Assembly: GCF_000002075.1 (NCBI RefSeq)
Contig: NW_004797368.1
Span: 1,017,240 to 1,081,239, forward strand
Direction of reading: 5' to 3'
DNA: 64,000 nucleotides
Origin: Aplysia californica
Taxonomy: Eukaryota
The translations under genes and the position numbers were made by a program. Positions within the stretch are counted from its first letter, which is position 1. Each line of letters begins with the position of its first letter. Of this stretch, positions 49,601-62,400 are shown piece by piece. The notes under the pieces are model-generated. The model saw only the letters and a program-made list of their open reading frames with translations, was not told the origin of the DNA and searched no databases.

Positions 49601-52600
49601 TGATATTTGGCACTTATACGACCTTATTGTGTTTCAAGTACTCTAAAACTTTTACTAAAAACTAAACACAAACACACATGGGAACATGAATGGACCTTGA
49701 CCCGGCCTCAAGCTTTTTCTCCTCCAAGCCAGCCATGAAGAACCGCTCGACGGTGTTCACGCTGGGCAACAGAGGGGACGTCCTCACCACGGAGCTGGAG
49801 GCTGCCGTCATTGTGCCACACGCCGCGGCCAAGACAGAGACCAGGGTGAGGGGATGGGGGAGTGATTGTCTTGTACTGTGGAGGGGGAGGAGATGGTGCA
49901 GGAGGAGGAGAAGAAAGAAGTAGTTATGGTTCAAGAAAAGGAGGAGAAGCAGGAAGTAGTTACAGTCAAAGAGAAGGAGGATAAGGAGGAGAAACAAGAT
50001 GCAGTTATGGTTGAAGAAAAGTAGAAAAAAGAGGAGTAGCGGGAAGAAGTGGTCAAAGAAAAAGGGGAGAAGCAGGAAGACATAGTGGTTTGAAGAAAAG
50101 GAGGAGCAGCAGGAAGGAAGAGGGAGAAAAGAAGGAGGAGATCATGGACTAGAAGGAGGAGGAAAAGAGGGAGAAGAAAGAAAAGGAGTGGAAGCTGAAA
50201 GTGTAGTTGGGGGAGGGGGAGGAAGGTGTTGTGGCTGAGGAGGTGAGAGGGACAGTTTTGTGCTTTGTTCAGTGTGACAATCTTACTAGAAACAAATAAT
50301 AATAATAATGGATAGCATTTGTATAGCACAAATCCCCGCTCAACAGCAAGCTCTATGCGCTTATCTATAGTACCATGTACCAAGTCAGTTTAGTGTATAA
50401 CTGATATGCTCTCAAATGTCTTTTACACTTTTGAGTTTTTCGTTATATTTTTAAAACTGAGTAGGCTATGTATTTTTTTAATGAAAGCAACATTTATCAA
50501 CTCTTTATCCACTGAGGACGGCAAGCACCATTATTTTGTTGATACGTTTAATATTCCTCATAGGAAAAAGATTGAAGAAGATATTATATTTCATGAATAA
50601 ATATACAAAAAGCGCAAAAGTGTTTTAGAGATATGCTGTCTACATTGATTTCCGAATCGCTCATGCTCTTTACGTAATTAGCTGAGGCTGGCATTTTGTA
50701 GCCACACTAATTTAATGAAAGCTATAGACTTTGGCTATCATTTCATTGTCATCGGTACCCTGTGTGAGCTGTTGATTCTATATTTTCTTAATATTTTCAA
50801 TGTTGGCCTGTCCACAGTATTCCTTCGAGAGCATTTTCCGCAGTCTTCACTTTGCCCTGATGGACAATTGCTGCCGAGAGTATCTGTTTGTCTCCGACTT
50901 CTTCATGGTATCCGGCACTGGGGCCCAGAATCTCTTTGAGAACATCATGGGGAAAACCCTCACCATGTTCCTGGTCAGTGCCCCTACTGGCTTTATATCT
51001 TTCTAATTTGATTGTTTTTATTGGTCTTAAATTATGGTTGTTTAGATTGAGCACATTATTTTTATATTTATTTTTGCCATTATTTTTATTCTAATAAATA
51101 AAAACAGAAATGGGTGTGTGTAACAAGGATTTGGTTGGTTTTAGCATCTAGAGCTGTCTGCTTTTGTAATGTTTGCTGAGCTGTTGTCAGCCGTGGAGCA
51201 AAGTTCAAGAGTAGTCACTAAGTGTGTTTTGTGGGTCTTTTTTGTTCCCTTCCAGAAACTGGTGGAGGACAGTGTGCAGGAGTGCTATGACTCTATCGGC
51301 ATCTTCCTGTCGGCTCATGTTGTCTACCGCTACCAGAGCATCATGGCCAAGCGATCTATTCCAGCTCTGGACAGGTGAGTCAGCTCTGAAGGTCAGCGCA
51401 TCGTTCTTTCATTTGTGGGACGTTGTCAGGCTGTTTTTCACTGTCCAGTCCATTCGGTGTTGTGCTGAGGGGTGACAGGGTAGTTCTCTCTCTGTATGTG
51501 CCCAAAATACTGCAAAATCCTACTGTAGTTGTGAACAACTCCAACTCTGATGGGCTTGTTGTCAGATTTCTTGTCTTTTATCTGTATCTCCGGTCTCTTT
51601 TTACCTGCGACTCAGGTCTTTTTTTGTCAGCAACTCGGGTCACTTTTTATCTACGACTCAGGTCACTTTAATGTTGTGACTGCCTCCCCACCCCCACTCC
51701 CCAGACATGATGCCCTAGTATTACAAAAGTCAGTTCGGGTGATTTGATGTTAGCATTATTGTTAGCTATAACTCAATCTCTCTATTGTCGTCTCTTTCTA
51801 CCGCCCCCTTCCCCACCCCCTGCTGGCAGGTACTGGGAGACAATTCTGAGCAACCTGTGGCCTCGTTTTGAATACATTGTCAGCATGAACATCCAGAGTG
51901 TCCGGGAACGTGACCCCAACAAACTGGGCCACATCGACAACCGACCACACTATGTGAGTTGTAGCAGTAGCCTACCTTTGATCACCCTTTTTATTTTCTA
52001 TTTTCAAAGAGGTTCCTATTTTTTAATAGTTTCTAATTTATAAGCCTTTTTAGAGATTCAAAATATTTTGAATTGTAAAATGTTATGGATCAGTGAATGT
52101 GTGCCTTTCATCAGGATACACATTCATTTGAGAACATGTTTTGTGAGTTCTGTTGCTGTAGTTTGTTGTTTCTCTGCACAATTAAAATTTTTTTTGGTTG
52201 TATTTTGACACTTGTTTTGAGATGAAAGATTGTTGAATTGTTTTGTCTAGACTCCCCATTGGAGCATTGCTGCGACATCTTGTCAAAAATGCCTTTAAAA
52301 AAAAATTGTAATGATTTACTGTTAAAAGTTTTGAACATACTCCATGTGAAGTAGAAGTATCTGTTATTTTGACCGTTAAACACCATCATTTGTAGTTTTG
52401 GTTTGATGAAAGGAAAAGTAAGAATATTTACCATTATAGCTCCTTTCATTTTATTTTTTTGTAAAGGTCACCCGCAGATTTGCTGAGTTCTCGGCAGCCA
52501 TCGTTGGCATCAATGTGTCATATCCCAACGAGCGAGTGAATCGTGTCTTGGGTCAGCTGCAAGCCGAGGTCGAGAACTTCATCCTCAAGATGGCGGCCGA

Positions 52601-55600
52601 GTTCCCACAGCGGAAGGAACAGCTCATTTTTCTCATCAACAACTACGACATGATGCTCAGCGTGCTGGTGGTGAGGCTTCGCTCTGACTTTTTGCCCTTG
52701 CATACTGGTTTATTGTAGACTGGGTTCTTCTCAAATTGGTTCTTCATTGAACTGGTTTGTCAGACACTGGTTCATTATAAAATTGGTTTGTTACACACTG
52801 GTTCATCCGGTTTGTTACACTCCTGTCCATCATAACTTGGTTTGTCACTCACTGGTTTATTTTGAATTGGTTTTTCACATACTGGTTCATCATTATACTG
52901 GTTTGTCACTCACTGGTTCGTTTTATAAATTGTTTTGTCACGCACTTGTTTGTCACACACTGGTTTATCATAAACTGGTTTATGAAAAACTTGTTGATCA
53001 TAAACTGGTTTGTCACATACTGGTTTATCATAGACTGGTTTGTGGAATACTGGTTCTTTATAAACTGATTTGTCTCAGACTGCTTCATCATTGAACTGGT
53101 TTGTTACACACTGGTTCATCCGGTTTATCAAGCACTAATTCATTATAAGTTGGATTGTCTCAAACTGGTTCATCATAAGCTGGTTTGTCACACACTGCTT
53201 CATTATAAACTAATTTGTCATAAAATGATTTGTCACAAGAACGCTGGTTCATTATAAACTGGTTTAGTGCACACTGGTTCATCATGAACTGGTTTATCTC
53301 ACTCTGATTCATCTGAAACTGGTTTTTCATAAAAAACTGGTCCATTGCAAACTGGTTTGTCGCACACTGGTTCATCATAAACTGGTTTTTGGAAATCTGG
53401 TTCATCATGAATTGGTTTGTCACACACTGGTTTATCCTAAATTGGTTTGTCACACACTGGTTCATCCTAAATTGGTTTTTCATAAAAACTGGTCCATTGT
53501 AAACTGGTTTGTCGCACACTGGTTCATCGTAAACTGGTTTTTGGAACACTGGTTCATCACAAGCCGCTTTGGCACACATTGGTTTGTCTTATTTAATCTG
53601 TGTCATCGTTATTAATTATGTTCACTGTCAACTTCACACCATTTTATTGATTTGCCTGAAGTTACCAAAAAATGATTTAGCTCTTCAGACTATGACAGAT
53701 TTTGTACTTTGTATTTTGTACATAATATGGCTGTATGGTTGTTCTATTATTTTGTGTATATTTTTTGTGTTATGTCAGGAGCGGACATCGGACGACTCAA
53801 AAGAGGCTGAGATGTACCGGGACCTTCTGGCTGCCCGCACGCAGGAGTTTGTGGAAGAAATCCTGGCCCCTCACTTTGGCGGGCTTGTCACATTTGTCAA
53901 GGACGCCGAGGTCTGTCTGGAGAGAGGTCAGAGTGACAGACTGCAGCAGGAAGAGAGTAAGTAGTAGACTCCCAAAGCTGGATTGATTTGGAGGGGGGGG
54001 AGGGGTTGTTCAATTCAATGATTTTTTTCTTTAAACTTATTTTTGTATTGCCTGTGGTATTGGATTTTTATTTGTTAGTTTGTCAGGTTGTATGTTTTAT
54101 TTGGGGGGGGGGGTTGTTACATGTCATACTGTATAAGACGACGCCCGTCCAAACTGGCAACTTTTCTCCACTATAATGGATGGTTGTCTAAGAAAGTTTC
54201 CAACTGTAGTTCCAAGCTCGTGCCCGCCCAGTCCCAAGCGACTGCCAGCACATTTGGAACAGGCTCTGACATTTCCAGGGCAGGTGGAACCGACAGACAG
54301 AACTTTAAAAATTCGCATATATAAGCGGGACAGAATCGGCTACCTGTTGACAAGTCTACGCCTTTGACTTGGGGCTCATACGATCATCCAGCCCAGTGCA
54401 TTTCAAGGCGGATACTAGAAACTAACAGGACATGGGGTCTAGGAAGCAACGGGTTTAATTAACGCCCTCCTCATTATCGCTATTTGGTTATTTATGAGGT
54501 GGAACCTCCGAATTTAATGTCCGTCTCCGATGGGACCGAGCCAAATAAGTTGAAAGTTTTGAAAAGTTCACAAAACAGCCCAAATTCAAGGACACCCAGT
54601 CTGGAATTCGAACCATGGCCATCCCCTCTATAGTCCAGCATGGAAGGGGGCCTAAATTATACACCTTAAAACAGCCTTGAAAAGCAAACTGTAATTTTAA
54701 TGGTTAAATTGTTGCACACTAATCGACACTATTTAGATTACTTAGGAGGCATCTTCGACCTGCCTGTCAGAACCAACTCGAACGGGCTGAGCGGGATACA
54801 ACGTCCCAGCAGAAAGTGAATGAATAAAATATGTACTCGATAAAAAGTCTCCATACAGGAATCAAACTTTTAACTAACACTGACCGGTTGAAACACTGGG
54901 TATTATTTGTTCTGTTTGTTTTTTTGTTTTGTTTTGTTTTTTGTTGTTTTTTTAAGGGGGGGGGGTGTTCCTGGTTAAGCCTTTTTACGGCACTTGCAAC
55001 ACAATTAGGTCATATATTATAAGTGCCGAAGCTTAGTAAAAAGCACCAAAAAAAAAAAAACACAAAAAAGTAGTAGGAAAGATAAGGACGATAGATGTTT
55101 GATAAGAAAAAAGGAGCAAACCACGCCAAAGCACCCGCCAACCACACATCTCAAAACNNNNNNNNNNNNNNNNNNNNNNNNNNNNNNNNNNNNNNNNNNN
55201 NNNNNNNNNNNNNNNNNNNNNNNNNNNNNNNNNNNNNNNNNNNNNNNNNNNNNNNNNTTGTGTGAGTATGAGAAGAGGCCTGGTATCTCAACTTATTCAA
55301 TTTTTGTTTTATTGATGAATTTAGACTAAGACTCGTTAAGATCTATTGTAATATTTTCATTTTTCTTGTCTTTGTTGTTTTTAATATGGTAAAGAAAAAT
55401 AAAAGTTGGCCTATATAATGTGGATTTTCTAGGAAAAAAATCATTGTACAAAAAATACAGACCTGGCTGATGGTGTTTAAAAGTATTTGTTCCCTCTATG
55501 GTCATTTGATGTAATTTATGATAACAAACTGGAGCTGATGATGTGAGTTTATATTTCTCCCTGTGTCTCTGTCCACAGAGCGAGTGCAGCAGATCGTGCG

Positions 55601-56474
55601 TGGATTCAACTCAGACTGGAAGCGGGCGCTAGAGAGTATCAACCAGGAGGTCATGAGGGCCTTCACAAACTTCAAGAACGGCACTCAGATTTTACAGGTA
55701 CACTTTACCTTTGAGACTTTGGTGTTGTTTGAGAAAGTCTTGCTGTGTTGGAAGGGGGTTGGGGTTTTTTTTAGGCGGGGGGGAGATGGGGGGATGAAAT
55801 AGCATAATAGCATGTTTTTCTTGTGTGTTTTCTTCTTCTTTTTGCCCTCAGTTTTTTCCTGTCTGTTTGTCTTGCCTTTTCTGCAACACAAAAGTACCAT
55901 TGTGATATGAGTTGGTGTGCTGTGCTTCCCTTTACTTACATTATTACTATTCCTGGATTATTTCTTTCCCTAGAAATCAAATTTCTTTTATTGAGAACTG
56001 AACAACAAAGATATATTATACCTGATGTACTGAGGAATGGCATAGTGTACAAAATTAACTACTTACCTTGCCTATATGGAGGCTACTCATTTTACTTATC
56101 GCTGTTGTTTTTATTCTGGTAAAGAAAAATAAAATTGGGCTTCTGCCACTGTAATGCGGATTTCCTTAAAGAAAAGATCGTTATTTTTTGTATAGAAAAT
56201 ACAGACCTGATGACGTATTATTAGTATTAAAGCATTTGTTCCCTCTTTAGTCATTATTATAACAAAGTGGAGCTGGTGTGTTACATGTCATCGTGACTTA
56301 TCCTTGTTGTATTTTTATTGTTTTCAGGGGGCCTTGACCCTGCTGATCCAGTACTACCACCGCTTCCAGAAGATTCTGTCTCAGCCGGTGTTCCGGAATC
56401 TGCAGATCAAGCATGAGCTCATCAACATCCACCATGTGATGGTGGAAGTGAAGAAGTACAAGCCGACTTTCTGA
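27159..56474 (+). CDS. VPS52: Vacuolar protein sorting-associated protein 52 (GARP/EARP subunit), complete, 19 coding exons, about 702 aa
   Basis: Exons: 27159-27194 (MADLVDTPVSTD, least certain), 33384-33459, 34516-34568, 35185-35260, 35542-35609, 36798-36911, 37917-37978, 38435-38585, 39395-39495, 40399-40531, 49213-49270, 49712-49845, 50818-50973, 51256-51374, 51830-51953, 52467-52670, 53779-53956, 55579-55697, 56328-56474. Sum 2109 nt. Motifs GVDLRQYSKEIE, RMEQMLNGFQGDLSSISTEI, DDLMGVEDTAKKGFFS, LIFLINNYDMML and ELINIHHVMVEVKKYKPTF* match VPS52. Confidence 0.96.
27221..27932. mobile_element. MITE with GG...CC TIRs, 8-bp target-site duplication and internal telomere-like repeats, interrupted by a second element
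   Basis: GGGAGGACTTCCGTAACGATCGACCAC and GTGGTCGCTCGTTACGGAAGTCCTTCC ends; flanks ATTTACCC and TTTTACCC. The same terminus with CCTAACCCTAACCC recurs at 60181-60255. Confidence 0.7.
27361..27855 (+). mobile_element. About 490-bp non-autonomous element nested in the MITE above
   Basis: Begins GGCCACCTCTATTCTCACCC and ends GGGTGAGAATAGCCACTTTC. It is the reverse complement of 9764-10249 and has subterminal inverted repeats and (GA)n tracts. Confidence 0.8.
28893..30359 (+). mobile_element. Ginger-like DNA transposon derivative with Ulp1-protease and PHD-finger remnants
   Basis: About 125-bp imperfect TIRs with TGT...ACA ends, flanked by TATA on both sides. Internal decayed frame QQ..DCGAFAVAF...HLRRCIE and YCVCRCPDDGNLMLKCD*CSL*FHAKCVG...WLCSRC. 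Confidence 0.75.
30369..32740 (+). mobile_element. TIR DNA transposon relic, possibly Sola1-like
   Basis: 30-bp TIR CGATGCCCCCGTGATCAGACCTCGTAAGTG, flanked by ATAT, with subterminal CTCGTAAG repeats. A stop-interrupted plus frame near 31300-31380 reads IEDFFAKLSKLGSHYC*KQSRK, resembling an SHYxR transposase motif. Superfamily assignment is tentative. Confidence 0.65.
35261..35541 (+). other. U12-type (minor spliceosome) GT-AG intron, VPS52 intron 4
   Basis: 5' splice site GTATCCTTT. Branch site TCCTTGAC about 10 nt before the AG, with no polypyrimidine tract. Splicing restores QD-Y-IKESQNIASLH. Confidence 0.9.
40030..40420 (+). repeat. 34-bp tandem array of the VPS52 exon 10 splice acceptor plus exon start
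   Basis: Unit TTTTTGTCTCAG|AATCTTCAA(TGAG/CAAA)TTCCTGATG, with AG ends at 40090, 40125, 40159, 40192, 40228, 40262, 40296, 40330, 40364 and 40398. Confidence 0.92.
41411..41589. mobile_element. Tc1/pogo-type MITE
   Basis: TA|CAGTGGAAC ... CTTCTACTG|TA, imperfectly palindromic body. Confidence 0.55.
45155..45445 (+). repeat. Tandem pair of a dispersed ~150-bp repeat
   Basis: CACATG(C/T)TCATCTCTGCTAACAATGAGTGG...GGAGGGCATCACTGAT occurs twice. Related GGTTGGAGGG...CTTTACTCAAAC copies near 35860, 36590, 37560, 48550 and 61385. Confidence 0.65.
46255..46315. repeat. (GT)n microsatellite
   Basis: About 30 perfect GT units. Other simple repeats: (GA)n at 1-60 and 24905-24936, (CA)n at 7520-7552, CT-rich 47040-47380, GA-rich 49880-50230. 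Confidence 0.95.
49271..49711 (+). other. U12-type intron with AT-AA termini, VPS52 intron 11
   Basis: 5' splice site ATATCCTTG. Branch site CCTTGAC with A at 49700. The phase-1 junction AKK-G-FFS requires the intron to end ...CTCAA|GC at 49711. Confidence 0.8.
52710..53590. repeat. Degenerate minisatellite (about 15/30-bp unit ACTGGTTCATCATAAACTGGTTTGTCACAC) in VPS52 intron 16
   Basis: ACTGGTT recurs roughly every 15 nt over about 900 bp. Confidence 0.9.
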
Positions 56475-58779
56475 GCCGTCGATTGCTTGTCTGTCTTGTT
56501 TTAAGTTCTGACGTACAGTCAAGTCCACATGAACTAAACACTTTTAACCCCAAAACAACAGTAAAACAAATTTTCAAAAGAAAGAAAAATCCCTCAATTT
56601 TATTTCTCTTTTTTCTTCTTGAACAACTTTTCTAAATGAAAACACAGCTAAACCAAAGAAAATGCAGTGGTCCCACAGTTTTCAGTTGAAGCAGACTCCA
56701 CTGTATATTTATTGTCAGTGTAGTAAGAGCAATGAGAAACTTTATGGTTTCTAATTAATCATCCTGAAAAGCTAGGTAGGGAAGTAACCCTTTTTTTTTC
56801 ATGACAGTTGTGATTTGTGGGCTTGTTTATATAGCTCTGGCCTACTTGATCAGGCAGCACTGCCTGACAAAAACTTTTGGGGCTTTAAACATTTTGCTTC
56901 TGGTGTTTTGAGAATAGTGTAGTACATCGGGCCCATGTTGGTGCATGAAAGGAATGTAACGTAGGACCGAATTCTTGGTCTGTGATGGCTCACAGTTGGA
57001 GAAAAATCTTACATCTCTTTGTCTCCAGGTATTATTCTGGCCCGTCCATGGCTAACTTTGGAAGGGGAGAGTGCCTTTATTTTTGTTTAGGGCTTTTAGT
57101 CCGTCATCAGTTTTTGAATGTTCATGCATTATGCTGTCAAAATATCTGCTTTGAACAAATCCTTCAGGACATCTGTTTCAAAAATAAATCAATGTCTTGG
57201 TTTGATCTGGCAGAATTATTTTTTTCAGGCCATTCTCACAGACCACTAGATTTCAGAATCTAAAGAGTCAAATTTCAACAAAAAATTACCCATTGAATTT
57301 GTAGAGTTGGAAGTGCTACTACTACATGTATTACTAGTGTCAGAGGTGGTGGTGATTTTAGGCTTAAAGTCGAAATTCAAAATTGATGACAGGTCACTTT
57401 GAGATTTTGCACAATCAAGAGTTTGGTGGTTTTTCTCATGTACATGAGAAGTTAGTACTGACCTTCCCATTGACTTTATGTAGATGGGTTTTTTTTTACA
57501 TTAGGAGCTATAAGCATTATCCTCACGATGACTTCTTTGGATCCATTCTTTAATTAATTATACAATGGATCTTTAGTCAATGCATCTTGAAATTTAGAGC
57601 CTGGCATGGCGAATTTTGTGAGCAACAGTCAAGAATGTTCAGTCACAGAAACCTTACCTCTGTCGGAACTACAATAGATCTAGATCTAGTCCCTTCAAAT
57701 AGAACTACACATAATACCAAAATGGCTTCCCATATCTGCAGCAAGAGTAATGGGTCCAGCAAACAATGAAAGCCATGATAGGAAAACAGTCAGGACCCTC
57801 ACTTTATGAACAGCGCCAGTGATTCTCAGTGTTTTCTACTTTTACTTGATTTTTTTTTTAATGGTTTCTCTTGAGCTGAAATTTTTGTATGAAGAAATGT
57901 TTGCCTTTCTGTCGCGATCCCCTCTCTCATCACAAGTGAGTTTTACACCCCGTTTCCATCTGTGGGTGGGTGTGGGATGGTGAGTTGCTCAAAGACCTCT
58001 CCAAACACAACCATGTGTCTTATAGAACCAACAGAATGCTGCATTGAAACTGCTCTCGAAGTATGTTGAATGCTTTTACAATTTACAGTCAAGAAATACT
58101 TGAATGCGACATATACATGAAGTGGGGGGGATGTGCCGAATGAAAGTATCTTGTGGATACCTATTTATATATAATAAAAATAATATGATATACAGATTCT
58201 CTCTCTACTGTGGTGGCAGGGCTCGGTAATGTTGCAACACTGTGAACATGTATGAGATGATTGCGTGAATGCTTATAAATGATTGTTGGTTTTTTTTTCA
58301 GTGTATCTGTCACGTGCAAATGCTGTGGAAGAAAGCTCAGAAATCTCCTACTACTTGCTTTTTGTTTTCCATGTGCAATATGTATATATATATGATTCTA
58401 TCAAGAGTACGATGTTGTTTGAAAGTCAAAGGTTTCTGTTGAGAGATAAAACTTGCTGTGTGTTTGTAAAGACATTCTGCGACCGAATGTTTGTGATAAC
58501 TTTCTCAGTCCAACGTGTTGGTGATGACCAAGTGTATTCATTCCTCAACATTGTGATATGATGGGTTTTGTGTTTGCGACGTCCCAGGTTGATGTAGATG
58601 GTTTGTGAAACATAGGGGAATTTGCCACCAAAGTTTTTTAAATTTGATTTGTATATATTATGTGTACGGTGAATCTTCTCTTCTGCTAACTCAAGATTTG
58701 AAGTGTTTGCCAGTCACACAAAGAGGTATATGCTATGGAAGTGTAAATCTGTGCTGATGTGAGAATATATATGTTTTCA

Positions 58780-58785
58780 AATAAA
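58780..58785 (+). terminator. Candidate distal VPS52 polyadenylation signal
   Basis: AATAAA followed by a GT/T-rich downstream stretch. Other AATAAA hexamers occur earlier (about 57183 and 58173), so the site actually used is uncertain. Confidence 0.4.
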
Positions 58786-59360
58786 ATATAAAATTATTAA
58801 TACATTGCCTCGTTAACTTCATTACCTTTGAAATGTTTGTGTGTTTACATATCTGTCTTACGTCATTCAATTAATCTGCAGCCAGATGGATTGTGCTCTG
58901 TCGTCATTTTTAAAAGTTTTTGGAGGGTTGGGGTTTTCTTTGTAGTTTTACATGGGAACCTAAAAAACTGAATATTCTTATCAAGAAAAAATACTCTTTG
59001 CAAAATCCCAAATCAATATTTTTAGAATACACTTTTGATAATGACTTCCTTATTATCTTTAAAGCAAGAGTTGTTTTCTTGGTAACAACATTCAGTTTTT
59101 TGGCTCTCCTGCAAAATGGTAAAAACTGCATAAATACTGTACTTTAAAAAAAATGACAGCAGTGCTGGCGACACAATAACTCAGTCCACAACCATCATAA
59201 GAAGCAAAGCAACCAGTCTAGCTGAAGAATGTCACCTTCACAGGAGCTGATCAGTTGTTTTAAACTTACCAGTTACCAATACAGAAAGAAAATACTATTA
59301 CTAATAACTAAACTGCTGAAGAAATAAAAACCATCACGAGTACATTAGACATGATAATAG

Positions 59361-59366
59361 TTTATT
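59361..59366 (-). terminator. WDR46 polyadenylation signal AATAAA
   Basis: Plus-strand TTTATT about 50 nt past the WDR46 stop codon. Confidence 0.6.
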
Positions 59367-59415
59367 ATTGCATTTATATCAATTCTTGACCCAACCCAAC
59401 CCAAAACATTTCACT

Positions 59416-62400
59416 TTAAACAATCTTCTTCTTGAATCTGTCTAGAGCGGATGCCTTCTCTCCTTTCCTCTTTGCGTTCTGGGCATCAAACTTGCCCTCC
59501 GCCTGCTTGGCTCGAACAATCTCCCTGACCTTAGCCCTCATGTTCTCCTCCTGAACACCCTTCAGACGCTTCTGCACCTTGGATGCCTTGCTGCCTCCCT
59601 TCATCTTGTGGCGCGGCGTGAAGTCAATTTTGTCTGGCTTCAGGTACTGTAGAAATAAACAGTGAATGATTTAGTCAGGATCATTTCTATCATCAGTTGG
59701 CAATTTAGAATTTGAGTTGAAAGCAGATTCCCTGTGTGATGCCAGGCAAGATGATTGAGATTGGTGGAAATACCTGGCTGATGGTTGACGAGCACAACTC
59801 TTGGATCCTACTTCTTTTCTCTTCCTCTGTTTACCTTGTTTTTACTTTTTTTCCCTGCACTAATTGGACATTATTTGTAAATGTACTCTGCACTCAAATT
59901 TTAAAAAAATGTTCAGGGAATAGAGTAGAGAGCAGTCAATATGTGGCACTGGCCAGCCTCTAATAGCTTGTAACAAGAAATCAATGGAAGAAAACTCAAA
60001 AATGTCACCTAAGGTTGAGCACTTATGCCAAAAGCACCTCTCCTTCACTGATATAAGTACACGCGACATCTCTCTTTCATTAGTTTATATATTTAGACCT
60101 GCATGTGAGCCTCAACCAGATTGTCTGAAAATTTTGCGCAACCCCCCCCCCCCCATAAAGAGCTTTTGTGGGTGTCATAAGGAAGGACTTCCGAGTAACG
60201 AGCGACCACCCCAACAAACACAATAAAGAAGAGACCTAACCCTAACCCTAGGCCTACCCCCAAAAAAACCTGCAACGGGCCTCATGTAAAAAGGCCAGCA
60301 CAAGTCCAAAATGAAAAATTTTTTTAAATTTAAAAACCACACTCCAAAACAAACAAGGAGCAAAATAAGGCCTAGATTCTACATCTAAATTGCTATAATT
60401 GCCAATTATTGGGTTTGATACAATAACACAATAGAATTGGAATATGAATCCTCCATATAGATCTAGTAATCTAAATAAATCTAGATCTAGATCTTGTACA
60501 ACAAATGAATAGGAATAGGTCTTGAACTAGAAATCCGCATCCGATTCCGAACAGAGGTACTCAGCTGAGTCTAAATTCTGAATAAATAAATAATTCACGC
60601 ACCTGATGAAATGCTTTTTACCAACATTAATATTACAGCACAACCTATGATAGAGTTTGACACAATAGAATTGGAATTTGAATCCTCCATTGAGGTCTCT
60701 ATAATGATCTATATAGATCTAGATTCTATTAGAACAAGTGAGTCGGACTTGAATGAATCCACACGATCTGAACAATTGAATTAGTCAACAAATGAAATTC
60801 AAAATGCCCCTCGTGCACGAAATTGAAAGTAGATAATTTAGGTTGTCGTCCTTTTTTGTATTCGCATTTCTACTCAGGTTCCGATAATTATGTCAGAAAC
60901 GCCGACGTCGGCACGAAACGAAAGTGCCGACAAAGCCGACGGGAGAAAAAGGGGATGCTAGCAGTCGGCCAGGCCTCACACTACGCACATTGACTGATAC
61001 AGGTGGGCCTAGCGATAGCATCGGCCGGCTCGCGGGTCGGGTCGCGATTGTCGGATTTCAGACGATTGTCGGCAAACATGCAGGTCTATATATTCACTGG
61101 TTTATAACAAGTCAACATGATGTGAAGCCCATATATATCTCCTTCACTAAGACACTCTGTTACCACGGGAGGCTTACCTTCTTCTTGTTCCTCTCCTCTT
61201 GAAGTTCTTTTGCTGTTTGTAAGTCCACTTTTCCAATTTCACTGTCCAGTGTGATCATCTCAGGATGGACCTGGGACATGAGACAAACACAGAAGTTGAA
61301 AGTATGTTATGACAGACAAAAATGTCCAATCCCAGTTTTTTGTCAAACAGACATGGTTTACAGTATTCTGAGATTCAAGGCAGGTGGTTGGAGGGTATCA
61401 CTGGTAGGTCCGACTTGTATTTCCTGTCTGTATATCTTGTTTTTCCTTACACAAATTGCTTTTGCTGTGTGGACGTGCTTCTCTTTACTCAAACTAAACA
61501 GATTTAGGTGGTGTTACAATACAATAGCCATCACTGATGAATTTCTAAATAGACTGTTGGCAACATAGATCACTACAAGCAAAGATTTATCAAGTCTTGT
61601 CTAGAGTGATCATGTGACCCACCAATGTCCAATCAAAGCTATCTGGACAAAAAGTACCCTGGTGCAATTAATGACTTACCATGCAAGAGTAGTGAGCATT
61701 CTATATTTTTTCCAAAAGTCAATACCCAGTGGTTTTAAATTATTGAATGGAATAAATCATTACAGGAAACAAATGTTTGCTTGTGTTTTAGTTGGTAACA
61801 CAGTGTATTTGTATATAATATTTATGCACGACTCTGCGTTGAGTGTTCATTCTTCATTATATTTTGTGGGTTTGTCCATGAAGGTATCCAGTGTGTTGTC
61901 TTTAAAAGCGTGTACATTGTACAGTGTTTGCTGATGAATGTGTGATGCATGTTCATTCACAACTGCAGCGTGTTTGTTCATCAATATGTGTTGTGTGTTT
62001 CTACATGAATGTATGTTGAGTATTTATCCGCGAATATGAGTTTGTTTGTCTGTTCATCATCAATGATCAATACATACCTTATCCAGCAACATGCGGACTT
62101 CTGTCTGTTTCCTCTGAGCCTTGGACTGGAATGGGTTAGCCTCCAGGGCATCATAGTTGGCCTCTCCGGCACCTGGAAGAGAGACAAATCAGAGTTACAT
62201 TCCCACACATGAAACAGACACACAGGAAAATGTACAACACATAAGTCTACATATCTCCCTCTCTGCACAAATACTGTATTCATCCCGGTTTGGTCCTAAA
62301 GGCAGGGTTGGGAGCCCACCTCCTAAATGATCTAAACTGTGTCAATGGGGGAGTAAAAACACCTACATTTTTTTTAAATACATGTGATGGCACAAGTACA

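Noticed and set aside
49711-49712. AG as the acceptor of VPS52 intron 11
   Set aside because: With the ATATCCTT donor it shifts the frame and destroys the conserved GFFS-KP-RSTVFTLG segment.
52747-53579. ORFs of 115 and 139 aa in VPS52 intron 16
   Set aside because: By-products of a minisatellite with a stop-poor unit; no splice context links them to a gene.
60230-60255. CTAACCCTAAC as a telomerase RNA template or true telomere remnant
   Set aside because: It lies inside a dispersed MITE end that is also present at 27860-27932.
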